From the human T2T-CHM13v2.0 reference genome, Homo sapiens, in the NCBI RefSeq assembly GCF_009914755.1, contig NC_060929.1: DNA of 64,000 nucleotides; one strand, 5' to 3'. Made by a program: the position numbers and the translations under genes. The notes beneath the pieces are model-generated. The model was not told the origin of the DNA and made no database searches. It worked only from the letters and a program-made list of their open reading frames with translations. Numbering within the stretch: position 1 is the stretch's first letter; each line of letters starts with the position of its first letter. Below are positions 1 to 15,202 of this stretch, piece by piece.

Positions 1-290
1 TAACTTTTCCAAATACAGTGTTGAGGAAAAGAAGCTAGAGAACAAAGAACACACTCTCTTTGGTAAATAATATGAATATTATCTTAGAAATCACAATAGT
101 AGTTACTCTGGGGTGGGGGCAGAATCTGAAAGGTACACAAATGGGGGCTTCTACAGCTTAGTAATATACTGCTTATTAATCTAATTGCTGCTTACATGGG
201 TATGTTATCTTCATGGAAATTTACCACATTTTACATTTAGGTTTGTGTGCTTTTTCCTCTTATGGTATAATTCAACAAAATTTGCTCTAA
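1..290 (+). mobile_element. Old L1 (L1M/L1ME-type) 3' fragment
   Basis: atagtagttactctgggg...gggggcttct...tttgtgtgc pattern typical of L1ME 3' UTR. Confidence 0.6.
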
Positions 291-849
291 AATTATACTG
301 GATGATTGCTTTAAATCATTAAATTAAAAGTTTTTGAGGCTTGAAATTAAGAAAGCTTGGTCCCACAGGGATAACTAAGTACTAGAATTGTTTTTTGCTT
401 TGTTTGTTTTTTTGTTTTTTTCCTGAAGGCATTTACCAATTCTTTGGGTTCCAGGGCAAGAATCTAAACAAGGGGCCTAAACAGAGAAAGAACTCACATT
501 CAGACTTCACAGAAAGTCTTATACCCAAAAGTCAATACCTATAACTAGGCATGCTACAATCTTTCATGCAGAACAAGACTTGTCTTGGTTTCAGGCAGCA
601 TATTTAAAACAAATATTTCTTTCAAAAATTTCTAATCACAAGTGTATACTTGCGATATGTAATATGGCATTGGATATTTGCGTGGCCCAAAAGTTGAACA
701 TTTCATTTAAAGTAAATCTATAGTTAGCAGACATGCAGTTACTTAAATTATAAGCAAATCCTCTTTCGAAAAATACACTTTCAACACAGATAATTTCCAG
801 AGATAAAATACTAAAGAGTATGAGCTCACATATGTAAAAAAATATAGAA

Positions 850-3000
850 AATGCATAAAAAAAATAAACTTGCCTGAGAGACAATCAGTGGAATAAACTG
901 CACAGGTAGACCAACAAGATTACAGATATTGGAACTATCAAGGAACTAAAATAAAAAAAAATATTTAAGCTGTTTAAAGAAATGATAAAAAATTTAGTAA
1001 ATGAACAAAAGACAATAAAAATCAACACACATATTTAGAATAAAGACCAATAGAACTTCTAAAATTGAATGTCTAATAACTGAAATTAGAAACTCAACAA
1101 ACAGGTGAAACAACAAATTAGACTCTACTGAAGGTTGAATTAGTGAGCCAGAAAACATATATGAATGAAACATTCAGAATGCAGTAGAAAAAGAAGTGGA
1201 AAATATGAAAGCAAGGTTAAGATAGGTGAATGACAGAGTGGGGCCAACATAAGTCTTACTAGGGTTGGGATAGATTAAAAGGAATGGCAACGAGGCAATA
1301 TTTGAAACAATAATAGCTAAGAATTTTCCAAAATAAATAAAAGACACCAACACTCATATTTAGGAATACCAATACATTTTAAGTAAACTTTTGAAAAACT
1401 CAACTTCTGGATTCATTAGAGTGAAATTGCACAACAACAAAGATAAAAATAAGAATTTCAAAGCACCCAAAAAGAAAAAAGTAACACTGGTCAGACTGAA
1501 AAGTGATTTCTCAAAAGACAAGGTAGTATCGTATTTAAAGAGGTGAAGAGAAGTAGTTGTCAACCCAGTAATGCATACACAACAAAACTACCTTCCAAGT
1601 CTAAGCACAAAATAAGATAGTAAGAAAACCACACATGAAGAGAATTCCCTACTATTGGAGAGTCACTAGAGAAACTTCTAAAAGACATTTTTAAATAAAA
1701 AGGATGGTCTCAGATGCAAAAAAAAAAAAATGCTGAGCAAAGAAAATGGAAAATGTGTTAGAAAATGTTCACCAAAGATGACTTACTACAACTATAATAA
1801 TAATGATAATGTCTACAATGTAACACAAATATGAAGAGAACAAAAATCTATTCTTTTGTATTTTCTCAGGAGGACAGTAAAAGGGTAAAGATATTATTTA
1901 ACTTCAGCCTTAAGTTACATATTTGGAAAATTTTTTAGGGTTATTATTAAAATAATAGAATTAGAGTTTAAAACTTACAAACTAGAAGGAAAAATACAAT
2001 GAGAAAAGGGAGGAAATCACTTTGATCTAAAATAATGCCAGAAAAGACGTGAAAAGAAAACAAACATTAGAAAGCAGGATAAATAGGAAGCCTAAATTAA
2101 TATTTTTGAATATTATAATTATATTATAAACTTTATAATTTTATATTAAGTTATAAATATATAAAATATAGGTTTATATTATAAACTTTATAAATTATAT
2201 AAACTTATATATAATTATACTTTTGAATATAATTATATTTTTTGAATATTATAATTATAATTAATCCAGTGTTCATGAATTAACTAATATTTTCAGTTTA
2301 GTTTCAACAATGTCAAAGAATAGGTACTATACAAATATCTCTTCTGTTAAAGATGAACAAAATTAGAAATTAATAACAATGTATTTATTTAAAAACTCAT
2401 TCCTTTGGAAAACATTTAAAAAGTACTTCTAAATAACACTTGAGTGAGAGAAGAAATCAAAGGGATTTATAAAATACTTAAAACTTAATAATAAATATAT
2501 TATGCATCAAATATATGGGATTGTCACTAAAGCAATAGAATTAAATCACTGTATTAGAAATAAAGGCTAAAACTCAATGCACAAAGCAACTTACTTAGAA
2601 AAAATAGGAAAATAAACACAAAAAAGTAAAGGAAAATAATAATTATAAAAACAAATACTAATAAGAGAAAATACAGTAATAGAAATTCAAAAACAAACAT
2701 GAATATACTAATTAAGTTGTCTGGCAATTTGACACAAACGAGATACAGAAATAGAGGAAAAGAGAAAACAGCAACAAAAAAATTTTAAAGAGAAAAGAGA
2801 AGAATGGGCATAGTATAAGAGACAGAGGTAGAGTTCCAGATAGGTAGGTAGGTAGCTAGCTAGTTAGGTAGACAGAAACAAAGGTAGAGAACATCTTAGT
2901 AGAGATAGACAGACATAGATAAAAAATAGTAAAAATTTAAAGGAGGCATGACTTACCTGGAAAAATATAGAGACAGAAGATGTAAATGAAAGAACTATTT
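850..3000 (+). mobile_element. Degenerate L1M ORF1/ORF2 remnants
   Basis: A-rich plus strand with ORF1-like aactgaaattagaaactcaa...gaattagtgag, gctaagaattttccaaaa and ORF2-like aaattagaaattaataac motifs. Confidence 0.7.
2100..2263. repeat. AT-rich low-complexity tract
   Basis: Repeated ttttgaatattataatt / tataaactt units. Confidence 0.8.
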
Positions 3001-4046
3001 CCCAGGTATATGGAAACAGCAGGAAAATGTAATGCATCTTGGAGAAATCATAAGGGTCTGAGTGAAAACTCTTTAGTTAAGTGAAGCAAAAGGAGCACCA
3101 GTGAAAAGTGGTGGCACTAGTGATTCCAGCAGATAGGCAAGGAGATCTGAAAATATAATTTCTCCTACTTAAACCGTTTTTTAAAATTCTTTCTGTTTCA
3201 CTGTAAAACTTAAATCCAAGTACCGGTGATCATAAGATTTAATTAGAGAAAAATAGAATTTGACTCATTTGTGATGCAAGACAAAATAAAATAAGATTAA
3301 TAAGTAAGTTATCAAGCAGGTCTTACTCAAATAGCATCTTTTTGGTTACAAAATGACAGGGGACACAAATATGATTGTAGAATTTGACCTAGTAATCCCA
3401 GTTCTTAAAGATTATTTTAGTAAAATAAAAGCAGTTTAATTTAAAAGATAAGGAAAACTTCTAAGGATGTTTCTAGAGCCATCATTTCTAATAGTAACAA
3501 ATGAGAAAAGAAGCTTGAACATCAAAAAATACAAAAAGTTTCGATTAAGTCAGAATATTATGTAGTAATCAAAATGATACATGAGAAGACTGTGTCAGAA
3601 GAAAGAGCAATATTTAAGGAATAATAATGTGGTTTAGAAAGTAAGATAAAAAGTATACAATTATTATTATAGCTCCATTAATATGCATATAACCAGTCAA
3701 CATTGGGAAGGAAAAAAGAAAATAAAAGTGGTTACATCTTGGTAGAATCATGGCTTAAGTAATTTTCAAAGTCTTTTTCTATATATAATTAGGAACTAAT
3801 AAATCTTTTAAATATTCTACTTGTACTTGTTGACTAATATGCACAATGGTAGCAGGGACAGACCATTAGCTTTTACATTATTTTTGTGAATTCATAAGAA
3901 ATTCACAAAACTAGAAAACAAGTATAAAATTCCTTAAAATGAGCTATATAAGTAGAGTAGCTATGTTGCTTTTTTCACTTTGATAAATATGAAAATGAAT
4001 AATAATTTTCAAAATATATAGAAGAGCACAGGTTACAAGGAAGTAC

Positions 4047-4958
4047 CTGCTGTATCTTTATAATGAACAGTGTCCAGTCAATTCAATTTCCTTAGGAGAT
4101 AGAAGAATAGGCCAAGTTACAGCCCGTTGGACAATATGATTTCAGAAACTTTCATACATGATTAGCAATCTGAAAACACTGAATTTCTGTTCTATGGATT
4201 CAGCACTATATGATACCATTCTAATGAGGCTTTTAAAAAATGTGGTAATTTGAGGTCTGAAGTGGGTTCAAAGATGTAACAAAGTTTGGCGCTCCAGAAC
4301 ATAAACAAAACATAACACAGGTGTGGATGTCTAAACTTTTGACTGTACCCAATCTTAACATCTGGTTTTTGTGCTCAACTGCTCACAGTCATGTAAAATG
4401 TCTCAACTGTTAATGACTCAGTGTTAAGTGAGAAAAAAGAAAAATTAAACTCTGCTGTTGAATACCATGTTGTAAAATCCTCATCTTTAGAGATTCTAAA
4501 AATATTCATAGACTACACCCTTTTGAATGCTGTGGCAACTTATCCCCTGAAAGGAGCAGGCTAAGCCAAGTGACATGAAGATATTTTCTCTGTTTCCATT
4601 AAGGTTATATTCCTCTCTGGGTCAGTCAAATCAAACTTGTAGCACGCATGTCTAATGCAGAATCACTGATCAATCAACGTGCTCTTTTCTGAGGAGTCAT
4701 GGAGCTCCATATGCCTTATGATATTTAGGACATATTCCAGGAAGCTAACAATCAATGAAAGCTTTTTTCAAACAGACTTAATTAAAGAGAAGATGAATAG
4801 ATGAATGAACTTGGGGTAAAGGTGTTCAAATGTCTCTCCAATTTTACTTCAAGAATGTTTAACCCCATTGAACTTATCAGTTTTGGTTTTATCAAACCAA
4901 AATTCTGGATATACAGATGTAGGGTTCATCTTTATTGAAGGGTTTAATATTGGATTTC
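4047..4958 (-). pseudogene. Possible large decayed exon (or two)
   Basis: Acceptor tcttttcagtttccattcctttgaaatag|. Long near-open frames (NPILNPSIKMNPTSVYPEFWFDK...; HACYKFDLTDPERNI...; GVVYEYFRISKDEDFTTWY...). Candidate donor CAG|GTACTT. Confidence 0.4.
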
Positions 4959-6372
4959 CTATTTCAAAGGAATGGAAACTGAAAAGATAATATTAACTCA
5001 GAAATCAGTTGACAGATGTCAAATCAAGGAACATTTGTAAAAAAAATTAGACTAATGTTCAAGTACAGATAGAGACATTTTCTGTAATAAAATCTTATCA
5101 CAGAATAGCAATGCCACTGAACAGACAAGTATAAAGTAATACCAAGGACAAAGATAAAAAGTTATTTCTATTTTTGAAAAGAAATTAGATGATGTCTAGT
5201 TTAAAAAAATATGTCAAGGTATAAGATTCCAATATTTTATTTGACTATACAGTTTAGGTTGTTTTTCCCATTAATGTAGAAGCACATTACATATCGTTTT
5301 CAAAGTCTAAATGTGTTCTTTTTTAAAAAATGATAAATATGAAGGGCAAAATATTCATCTTAAACCATGAGATAAAAATATAGAGGTTTTTCATGCCGCT
5401 ATCTTTTTGGTAATCAATGATTGAATAGTGAATATTGGTTTACAGTGCAGCTATTTAATTATTAATACATTTGTTTTTTCTTAGAAGGATTTAATATTAT
5501 TTTTACATTTTCTCCACTAAATATATCATTTCAAAATTATCTACAGGAATATGCCCAAAAGAATGATCAAAGCTTAGAAATATTTTGCAACTCTGTATCA
5601 TATTGAGATATAAAAACAGAATCAAGAATGATATTGACAAAAATCAGGTTAGCACATCATCTAGATGATAGGTTTTCAATCTCCTAAAAAATAATGCATT
5701 ACATTAATTATGCATATTTGAGCTTTAATGAGAAAACATTGTAAGGATGAACAAAATCCTTTAACATCAGAGCTGACAGAGAGGTGAGAGACTGCCTAGT
5801 TCAACCTCCTTTCACAAATGAGGCAATTAAACCTGTAAAAGACTACATGATTTGTGCAGTTCATAACCTTCATGAGCAGGCTAATGTCTCCTGTATTTTC
5901 TTCTGTACCCTAATATCTACGTAGCATAGAAAAAAAAATCTCTTTGAATTGTTAAAGTAAAATGTCTTACATTGAAAGGCAGTACTTCCACATGCTAAAG
6001 AGTAAGTAAGAATTTAAGAAAAACCATGAAACAATGTGAAAGAAATCAAACTGAGTGGTAACAAAATAAACACGCTTCATTGTGGACCACAGGATTTCAT
6101 GAAGGATAATGACAGTCTTTCCCATGTTTCTGAAGTTCGCTGTAAAGATACAGGTTTAAATCTCAGTAAGAGAGATTGAGATTCAGGTATAAAGGAAAAC
6201 TTAGAGCGAAAGTCAGTATACTAGGGCCAAATGATTTCCTGAAAGGTTATGAAAATGATAGGCATATACCTATTAGTGAATTATGCTAAATCACTGCAGA
6301 ATTCAGTGAAAGGTATACACTTTAAATGAAATCATGAAGCAAATTAAGCTTTTGACATAGGCCATTAAGTGA

Positions 6373-6697
<325 letters not shown>

Positions 6698-6989
6698 TTC
6701 ATTTTTCAATTTAGAATCTCGGTCTACCACCTCCTCTTGATAGGGAGTGGGAGGCTGTTACAAATTACTAGGGGCCCCACTTTTCTCAGTGGCCTCAAAA
6801 TCATTTTATTTATTTATTTATTTTTACCTCACCAGGATCTAAATCTGTTTTTAGTGGCTTTGAAAACTGTTTCTAGGACTGAACTACTGAATTACATTTA
6901 AGATTGAACTAGTGAATCAGTGACTAAACAAAACAAATTTTAGGAAACCATTCTCTTCATTGTTCAACAGACAAAAACCAACGAATTTT

Positions 6990-7130
6990 ATCACTTACTA
7001 GCTATGTGACTTTGGGCTAGTTATTTAACCTCCATGTACCTCTGTTTCTTCATCAGTAAGATGCTGATTATAACAGAGTGTGTCTCAAAAACTAGTATAA
7101 AAGTGAGTTCCATGTAAAGAGCTTAGAATA
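6990..7130 (+). mobile_element. MIR
   Basis: cacttactagctatgtgactttgggctagttatttaacctc core. Confidence 0.8.
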
Positions 7131-7329
7131 AGAGGGTATACACCTAATTCATTCTATAATGAAACTTAAAAACATTAAGAATCCTCAGGGATTACATGAA
7201 GCCAATCTGAATCATAAAGACAGGTTAAAAAGTCTAAACCAAATGTTAGCAAATAAAGCAGCAATAAATACATATTTTTCTATGTACCTATATGTGTATG
7301 TATATTTGTGTGCATATGGCATGAAAGGC

Positions 7330-8330
7330 TTTAAACATGAGATGTTCTAATAATTCACAATGTTAAGAGATTAAAGGGGAAAAACCACAGAAAATTATTC
7401 AACTAAACAACCATTCACGATAAAAATGTATGGCAAATTTGGAATAGGAGGAAGTTACCAAAACTAATCAAAGATATCTAATCTTGATGGTGAAATGTGG
7501 AAGCATGCTCTTTAATTGTAGACACAAGTAAAGAATGCTTGTTCTCTCCATTTCTATTTAACAGTCTTTTGAAAGCATTGCTTTTTTTGGACAAGTGTCC
7601 TCACTGTCACCTGGGAGCTTGTTAGAAATGCAGGTTCTCAGTGCCTGACCTACCACTGAACCAAGATCTTCCTTTTAAAAGGATCCCTCAGGGATTCATA
7701 TTTTAAAGTCAGAGAAGCATCCGTGCAGCCAGTCAATAAATCATTTTAAAAAGTGGTATAAAATATAGAGTATAAAAATTGGAATGGAAGAAACAAATTT
7801 TTGTTATTCACAGATGATACGATTGTCTACAAAGAATACCTAAAAGAATCAGAAGAAACATCATTAAAAGTACATCAAAGTTTGAAAAGTTTCTAAATAT
7901 TTGTTCGATATAAAAATTATTAGATTTGGATATAGCTGCAGCAAGCATTTGGAAAATATAACTGAAAATTGTTGCCATTTTGTAATAGCAACAGAAGTCT
8001 ACAGTGGATGTGAATAAAAAATGTATAAGATCTTCGTAACAAAATGTATAAAATGCACTGAATAACACTAAAGGAGGCAATTAATAGAGAGATACGCCAC
8101 AATTATAGCTAGAAAGGTAAAACAGACCAACTGTACTGATGCGTGTCAAAGGTAACACTACCAGTCAGTGGAAAAATGATGGATCAGTCAATCGATGGTG
8201 TGGAAATAACTAGTTAGCCATATGGGAAACATACAAAAGTGGATTTCTTCTCACACTGCACACAGAATTCAATTCCATATGTAAAAGAACTTTACGGTGA
8301 AATAAAAAACTTGAAAAATTTTTAGAAGGG
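7330..8330 (+). mobile_element. L1 ORF2 fragments with nested MER5A (~7590-7720)
   Basis: ttattcacagatgatacgattgtctac (RT FADD region), atggtgtggaaataactag; MER5A cacctgggagcttgttagaaatgcag. Confidence 0.75.
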
Positions 8331-9804
8331 AAACATTATTTTAACTGTGATTCATGAACTATATGATAGAATGAAAACAATGACATTTTATATCATCTGG
8401 GACATTACTAGATGTAAAATAATTAAGTTTATTGACCTCTAAACCAGCCCAATAGGGAAAAAGGGAGTAAAGGGGAGCATCTTCTAGGCAAATGATGTTC
8501 CCATACATAGACTTGCCAGAGCATTTGCAAGATTCCCTTTAGAATCGATGTTTGGTCTCTTGCCTATCCCTCCTCCCCAGGCAGTCACTTTCTCTGGATT
8601 TTTTTTCCCTCTTTCTTTAGCTTTTCCTTCTCAGTCCTGGCAATAGGCCTTCAACACCACACCATCACCACTCCACCAATTCTGGAGGGATATGATTTTC
8701 AAAGGAACAAAGTTTTTGGAGTTGAGTTCCAGCACTAACATATGTATGGACGAAGATAACAGTCTACAGCTTTCTGTTTTCCTCCCTATTGCTCTAGAAG
8801 AAAACGCTGCCAAGAAAAAGCTACTTCTAATTTTTTCATAGAAAAAAACTGCTACTAAAGTATTTTTTTAAGAATCATTCTTTTCTTCGGGAGAAGATAT
8901 TTCCAACACTTGTTGTGATCAAGAGAAATTGCAGAATATTTTTAAAATTCTTAAAAATCAATCAGAAAAAAGAGTCTGGAAGAAATTTGAGGAAGGCTTA
9001 GAAATAATTTTTATAGAAAAAGAAACATGAATCACTAACAATATTTTTAAGGCTTAAATGTATTATCAGGGAAATTAAAATTAATTAAAAAATTAGTATC
9101 ATGTTACCACTAGATTGACAAAAAATTTGTCTTTCAAAAAACACGAGAGCTTTTATAAACTACATGTGATCACATATTCTTTCTCCAATACTCCTTGAGA
9201 ACTACTAGATTATAAACATACATACACATACATAGGCACACACATAGGCACACACACACACATACACAGTCATTTAAGGTTAAAATACGGTAAATATTTT
9301 CTAAGTCACTTAAAATTATTGCCTGTGGATTTTTCATGTAAAATATTAAACTCTTCCAATGTTTGAACTTAATGGTTATTGAGAAATACGAAAAACTATT
9401 AGCTTTCTTGATTTAATATAGTTAATATTGCTTATAAAGGAAAGAAAAAATGCTTGGCTACAAGGTCATCTCATTTTAAGATTACATTGATTAAACATGT
9501 AGTATAGACAGGGCATCTAACCCCCATTTCACTAGCCAGCACTGAAAACTTCTTTAACCTTGCATAAAATGCATGCATATTCTTTGAAAGTCTTTTTTTG
9601 TAAACGAAGTATTAGATTTTTAATGTAAATTATAAGAAATGTAATGTTTACTAATGCCGTCAAGAATGGCAGGTCAAATTCACCTGGTTTTTAAAGATCA
9701 AATGCCTACTTTTACAGTCACCTTTCAACCTTTGTTTTAGACTCTAGGATTCGTTTGTCACAGGTTTGCCTATTTGGGCCACAGCTTCCTTATATAGGGT
9801 ACAG

Positions 9805-10040
9805 AGCAGCATTCAAAGGTAGTGTTTAAGTATATGGACTTGGGTGCTAGATCACTGTGCACTAACACCCAGCTCAGACACTTACTAGCTGTGTGACCTG
9901 GGGTAACTTAACAGAGCCTCATTGAGCTTTGGTTTCCTCACTAGTAAAATGAAGCTGAAAGGAGGATATATTTCATAGGGTTGTAGCAGTTACATGAGTT
10001 AAAATACCTGAGCTATTTAGAGCAGTGCCTGGTTCATAGC
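9805..10040 (+). mobile_element. MIR
   Basis: acttactagctgtgtgacctgggg...tttcctca...agcagtgcctgg. Confidence 0.8.
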
Positions 10041-10298
10041 AGGTGATCTAGGAGTGTTATTGTTCTTCACGTTATTCACATTTAATAGCAAATCATACTG
10101 CAAAAAATGGTGTCAATGTAATGGTCATTACAGGCAATCTAAGTTGCTTTTGCTCTTGACAGTATTTTACACCTTTAAAGTTTCCAGTAAAAAAGATAAT
10201 GCTAATACCATTTATAAAACAGAAGAACAAAGAATTCCTTGACAATTTAAATATCTAAATTTATTAGTTAAATCAATTAATTATTTGTTGTTGCTGAC

Positions 10299-10445
10299 TT
10301 CCACTAAAATGTGCCTAATCGTTTTATGAATGTCTTCCTATTCCAGTCAGTATTTTTAGCAGGTTTAATTCTCAAGCATTCCAATTGGATGTGCTGGAAT
10401 TTGGCTCCTATTAACTCATGGTTTTGTCCTAGTGATTAATTTATC
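10299..10445 (-). pseudogene. Possible decayed exon
   Basis: cttattcaatctggtag|. Open stretch SLGQNHELIGAKFQHIQLECLRIK resembles F-xx-xQ-xE-xL. Confidence 0.3.
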
Positions 10446-11434
10446 CTACCAGATTGAATAAGTATATATGTATGTACTTGTGTGTTTGTGTGTGTGTGTG
10501 TGTGTGTGTATAAAATTTACACCAGTGGCAAAAATAGTGATTTCATTTTGCCAGTTTGCAAGGCAAAATGATGTTTGCTATTGTATTTCTTTTGCTAAAA
10601 AAAAAAATAAAGCACGCTCGAGTATTTTTACTGTCTGCACACTATTTAACCTCATGTCTTATTGTGTAGCTGAGTCATGATGAATACAACAAGCAAACAT
10701 CCTTAATGTTCTGTTTTGTCAGTGCTGGGCTGTGCACTATGGTGGCTGCCCAGGAGGAGGGGGGCAGGACATGAGCACTCACATCAAGGATCTTATATCA
10801 ATTTAGGAAGATAGAACTAAAACACCCAAAACAACAGTGAGCAATACCAAATGGTTTCAGTTCAACCCATGATAGTGTACAGGAGTCGAATAAACAACAG
10901 GAATGAAAGAGGGGAAGATGGCAATAGTCAGGGAATGTTTCATGGCTGAAGGGGTCACTTATCCCCAATTCAGGCATTCGACTACCAGCTTCATGATTCT
11001 GCCATATCCACATTTCTACATCATGATTTTTGTTGTTTCTGCATCCCCTATATACTATTATTAATTTTAAAAATTCTGTAATAGACTAGTTTTTTAAAAA
11101 CTGAAATAAAATGTCTTCATTTAAAGAAGAAACTTTATATCACAACTATAAATGGAAAGTCAGTAACTCTTGCCATAAATGCAGCATAAACAGAACAACC
11201 TTATTAGTTTCTATCCAGATAATGTTGCCTTCGAAAGGCACTAGGCTACAGGCCGGTGTTATCTCTGTTTATAAGACAAAGCAGGTGTTAATAAGTGTTA
11301 GAGACTTAGTAAAGCCAACATGAGACTTTCTGCTGTCCTTCCTTCTTCCCTACCATCTTTCTTCCCTTCCTTTCTTCTTTCAACTTTCCTCTTTCTCTCT
11401 CTCCCTCCTTCCTCCTCTTCCCTTCTTCCTTCCA

Positions 11435-12170
11435 TCCTTTAGCAAATATTCATTGAGCACCTATTATGTGACAGGTACCATTCTAGGCACAGAGGATACA
11501 ACAGTGAAAAAACAGAAAAAAGCCCTTGCCCTTATAGAGCTTACATTCTTGTTGGATGAAAGCAGTCAATAAACAGATAACAAAGGATACAGTAGGTCAT
11601 AGGTGCTATGAATAAAAATACAGCAGGGAACGTCAAGGTGGAAGAAAAAGCATGAATAGGAAAGGATTACTGCTAAAGTAACATATGAGCGATGATCTGA
11701 AGGGCAGGATGGAACCAGCCATCCAGATACTTAGAGGAAGAGAATTCCCAGCACTGGGAACAGGTAGTGCAAAGGCTGTGATGCAGAACATGCTTGGCAC
11801 ATTCAGGGAACACCAGTGAAGTCGGAGTGGAGAAGTGAGTGGGTGAGGCGGACAGTGGTTTGAGAAGATGTCAGATCCAGGTCACTTGAAAGGGGCGGTA
11901 GACATAGATCATGTAGAAGTTTAACAGACATAGCAAGAATTTGACTTTGACTCTAGATGGCATGCCATTGGATGGCTTTGAGCAGAGAGCAACACGATGT
12001 GAACTAATTACTGTTTTTGTAGAATAACTCTGCTATGAGATTAGACTGGATGGGCAAAAGCACCAGTCGGAAAACTGGTTAGGAGGGTATTTCCATTAAT
12101 TTAAGAGAAAGATGAGAGAATAGTCATGTGGGAAGCACAGGAAGTAGTAAACAATATTGGATTTGTTGGG
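11435..12170 (-). mobile_element. L2
   Basis: Reverse complement of the L2 3' end (caaatattcattgagcacctattatgtg) followed by L2 body. Confidence 0.8.
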
Positions 12171-12263
12171 CAAAGTGTATCCACCACCCCCCAAATACAC
12201 ACACACACACAAATCTCTATCTCAGCACTTATGTATTTATGGTTTATAAATGAGGCTGTTTAT

Positions 12264-12567
<304 letters not shown>

Positions 12568-13135
12568 AAACATGAGACCATTTATGGGGATGGGGCTGTT
12601 CTCCCTGCCCCAAATTTGTTGTCAGTGACTGGCAATCATGCCTTATTCATCTGTAAACCTTACTGACCACAGTGCCTGATAAAGGTGCTTAAAAAGTTGG
12701 TGCGACTGAATTTCAGATGAGTGGAATAATGAAAGGCACAGAGGAAAGAAGGCTCACAGTAGGTATTTGGGGCAAGAAGATCTACGTGGGAAGTGCAGAA
12801 AGGCATGGGCATTGTGGTGAGGCACCTCTCAGAGAAACCGAGGTTCACATTAGAATGGATTTCACGTGAAAGAAGTAGAACTAAGAGAAGTATAAGAGGA
12901 GAACGATTTAAGATGATAGGAAAGAGGCCAAGTTTCATGGAACCTTTATTAAAAAAAAAAGAAATTCCATATAGGTTAGATTTAGGAAATCAGGATTCGG
13001 AAAGGGCTAGGATTTACTACATAACTTTCATTCTGAAATCCTTACATTTCAACTATCAATTCACTGAATAATGTCAATATTTTATTTTGCTGCTTTTAAG
13101 AGATAAAAAAGAGCTGTTCATAACTAATGGAATAT

Positions 13136-13240
13136 GTATATGCACACATACACACACACATATACATATATACACATATATACACATATATACACGTTGT
13201 GTGTGTGTGTCTGTATGTGTGTATATATATATAATGTATA
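13136..13240. repeat. (CA/TA)n-(TG/TA)n quasi-palindromic microsatellite
   Basis: Direct reading. Confidence 0.85.
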
Positions 13241-13749
13241 TGAAATTCCTCAATTTCAAAGACTGGAATAGAAACGTTCCTATAGATATACAAGGATCAT
13301 TTATACTCCTAGGATGAAGAGACATGCATCATGAAGGTTTACTTGGGTTAATTAGGTATATTTCAAGGGAGATTAAGGAACAATAGGAGATCACTAAAAA
13401 AAAAAAATCTCTGCTGCAAAATAAAACTAATGGAAAACTGAGGCAGGACTAGGACAGCAGTAGAGAATGATGCACCACTGAGAATGGGGGAAGAGGAATT
13501 AAGGCAGATAGACCTGGAAGAAAGGTGGCTGGAGGAGCAGATATCTTGTCTTTACATCAGTGCATTCCTGATGTATAAGGGAGACTTGGCCCATCTTGCA
13601 TAAAGCAGTCAGGTCAGAGTAAAAATAAAAACAGATGTATAACTGCCCAGTCTCTTGCTGGAAACGTGGAGACCCCAAGTCTTGTATGGAAGGGAGACAA
13701 AGTCAACAGCTATTTTTGCAGGTAAAAAAGAGGATTTTTTTGTTTCCTA

Positions 13750-14190
13750 ATCCAGGTCATCCTCATCTCTTGCCTTTACTTATAGACACAGCTTTCTAAT
13801 TGGCCTTGCAGGTCAACACTTGCCCATCTGTGCACCATTCTTCTCCCAGCCAATTACTGGCCTCTAAACTATTTTTGAATAAATAGCAAATCTTATATTA
13901 TCTGTTTCAACCTCATTTCCTGACACTCTTTCCCCACTTTACCCCAAATTGCATAACTTCCTGGTTAATTCTTTAAAAGTTGCCTGTTCTAACACTAACT
14001 TCTTCCTCCCTCCCCAACCCATCTCTACAGTTAAGTTTATGTCCTCTTCTTATTTGATCCTGTAGCACCTTCCACCTGTCTGTTATAATATTTGATACAC
14101 TTGTAATTCTAGATCTGTCACCCCAGAATGTAGAAAAGTGTCTGGTACATGGTAAACACTTAATATTTGTTAACCGTTGAAGGTTGAATG
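13750..14190 (+). mobile_element. L2 3' fragment
   Basis: Ends gtgtctggtacatggtaaacacttaatatttgtt. Confidence 0.6.
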
Positions 14191-14613
14191 TTTACTATTG
14201 ATGAACATGAAGATAAAAAGATAGTAGCCGACAATTATTGAGAATGAAAGGGTTTTTACACTAATTTACATTTCAGATAAGGTACAGCTTTCATTGAGAT
14301 TTAAAAAAAACTCAGGTTTGAAATTATTATAGAACATTGTATAATTTCCCATGTTCACAAATTTAAAAAATACAGTACACTTTAAACAAAACAGAGTTCA
14401 CATAAAGCATATTTGATAATCAGCTCAGCTCCTTGGTGAAAAAAACTAAAATTTGGAATAGTTAATTGAATGGCTATCATTTAAATATTTTAAATACTTG
14501 TTCTTGAACTATAAATAACCACATAGAAATATGAGGAAAATTAAATTTAAGAGGGTGTTTATTTGGAGAGGAATTTTAAAACAAGTCTTATGAATCATGG
14601 TAAATACCCTTAC

Positions 14614-15073
14614 AGGTATACTCAGGGCACTGGAGTGCACTTTATGCTCCAACAAACCCAAGACTTAGAGACAGTTGCTAGCTGCACACAAACAGTGTCA
14701 CTGTCCACTATTTTACACAAACGGCAATTGAGTAGCAAGGGAAGGTGAATTCCTCAGTCCTGAGTTACTTCTGGGTGTGCCTCAGATGTTTAAGCTGCAC
14801 ATTAACTAACTCATTTAGGCCCCCAGAGTAACTATTAATGTACCAAAGCTACAATTTGAGAAGACCCTTTATTTCCAAGAGAGCTGGAAGAATCTTCAAC
14901 AATTCATAATACTTGTTCTTATTAAATTGCGAATTCTGGGCAAAGAATCTTGAGGAGTAAAATTGCCTATGCCATTTCACATGAATGATATACAGAATGT
15001 GACTCTGAAATGTCTGCCATTTTCAGAGCATTACACATGGAGAGCTTCCTCAATTTTCAGAGGACCTCTACTG
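14614..15073 (-). pseudogene. Decayed exon (3' end tentative)
   Basis: Acceptor aattttccctgtag| after an 85-nt intron. Reads AVEVL*KLRKLSMCNALKM...[fs]NKNKYYELLKILPALLEIKGLLKL*; candidate donor CCT|GTAAGG. Confidence 0.45.
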
Positions 15074-15158
15074 CTACAGGGAAAATTTCAGTTCACTTGA
15101 GTTAGAATTATCCTTAAAAGGGATAGAAAAATTCAGGAATGCAACAACATTGACTTAC

Positions 15159-15202
15159 CAAGACTCACAAGTTGTATATACCATTTAGAAAAAGTTTTTA
15201 GC
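15159..15202 (-). pseudogene. Small decayed exon
   Basis: gttccttttcaag|...TTG|GTAAGT, 44 nt, open (LKTFSKWYIQLVSL). Confidence 0.45.

Noticed and set aside
5537-5647. Plus-strand AG...GT exon-like segment
   Set aside because: Resembles a CR1/L3 remnant (agaatcaagaatgatattgacaaa) with no consistent open frame.
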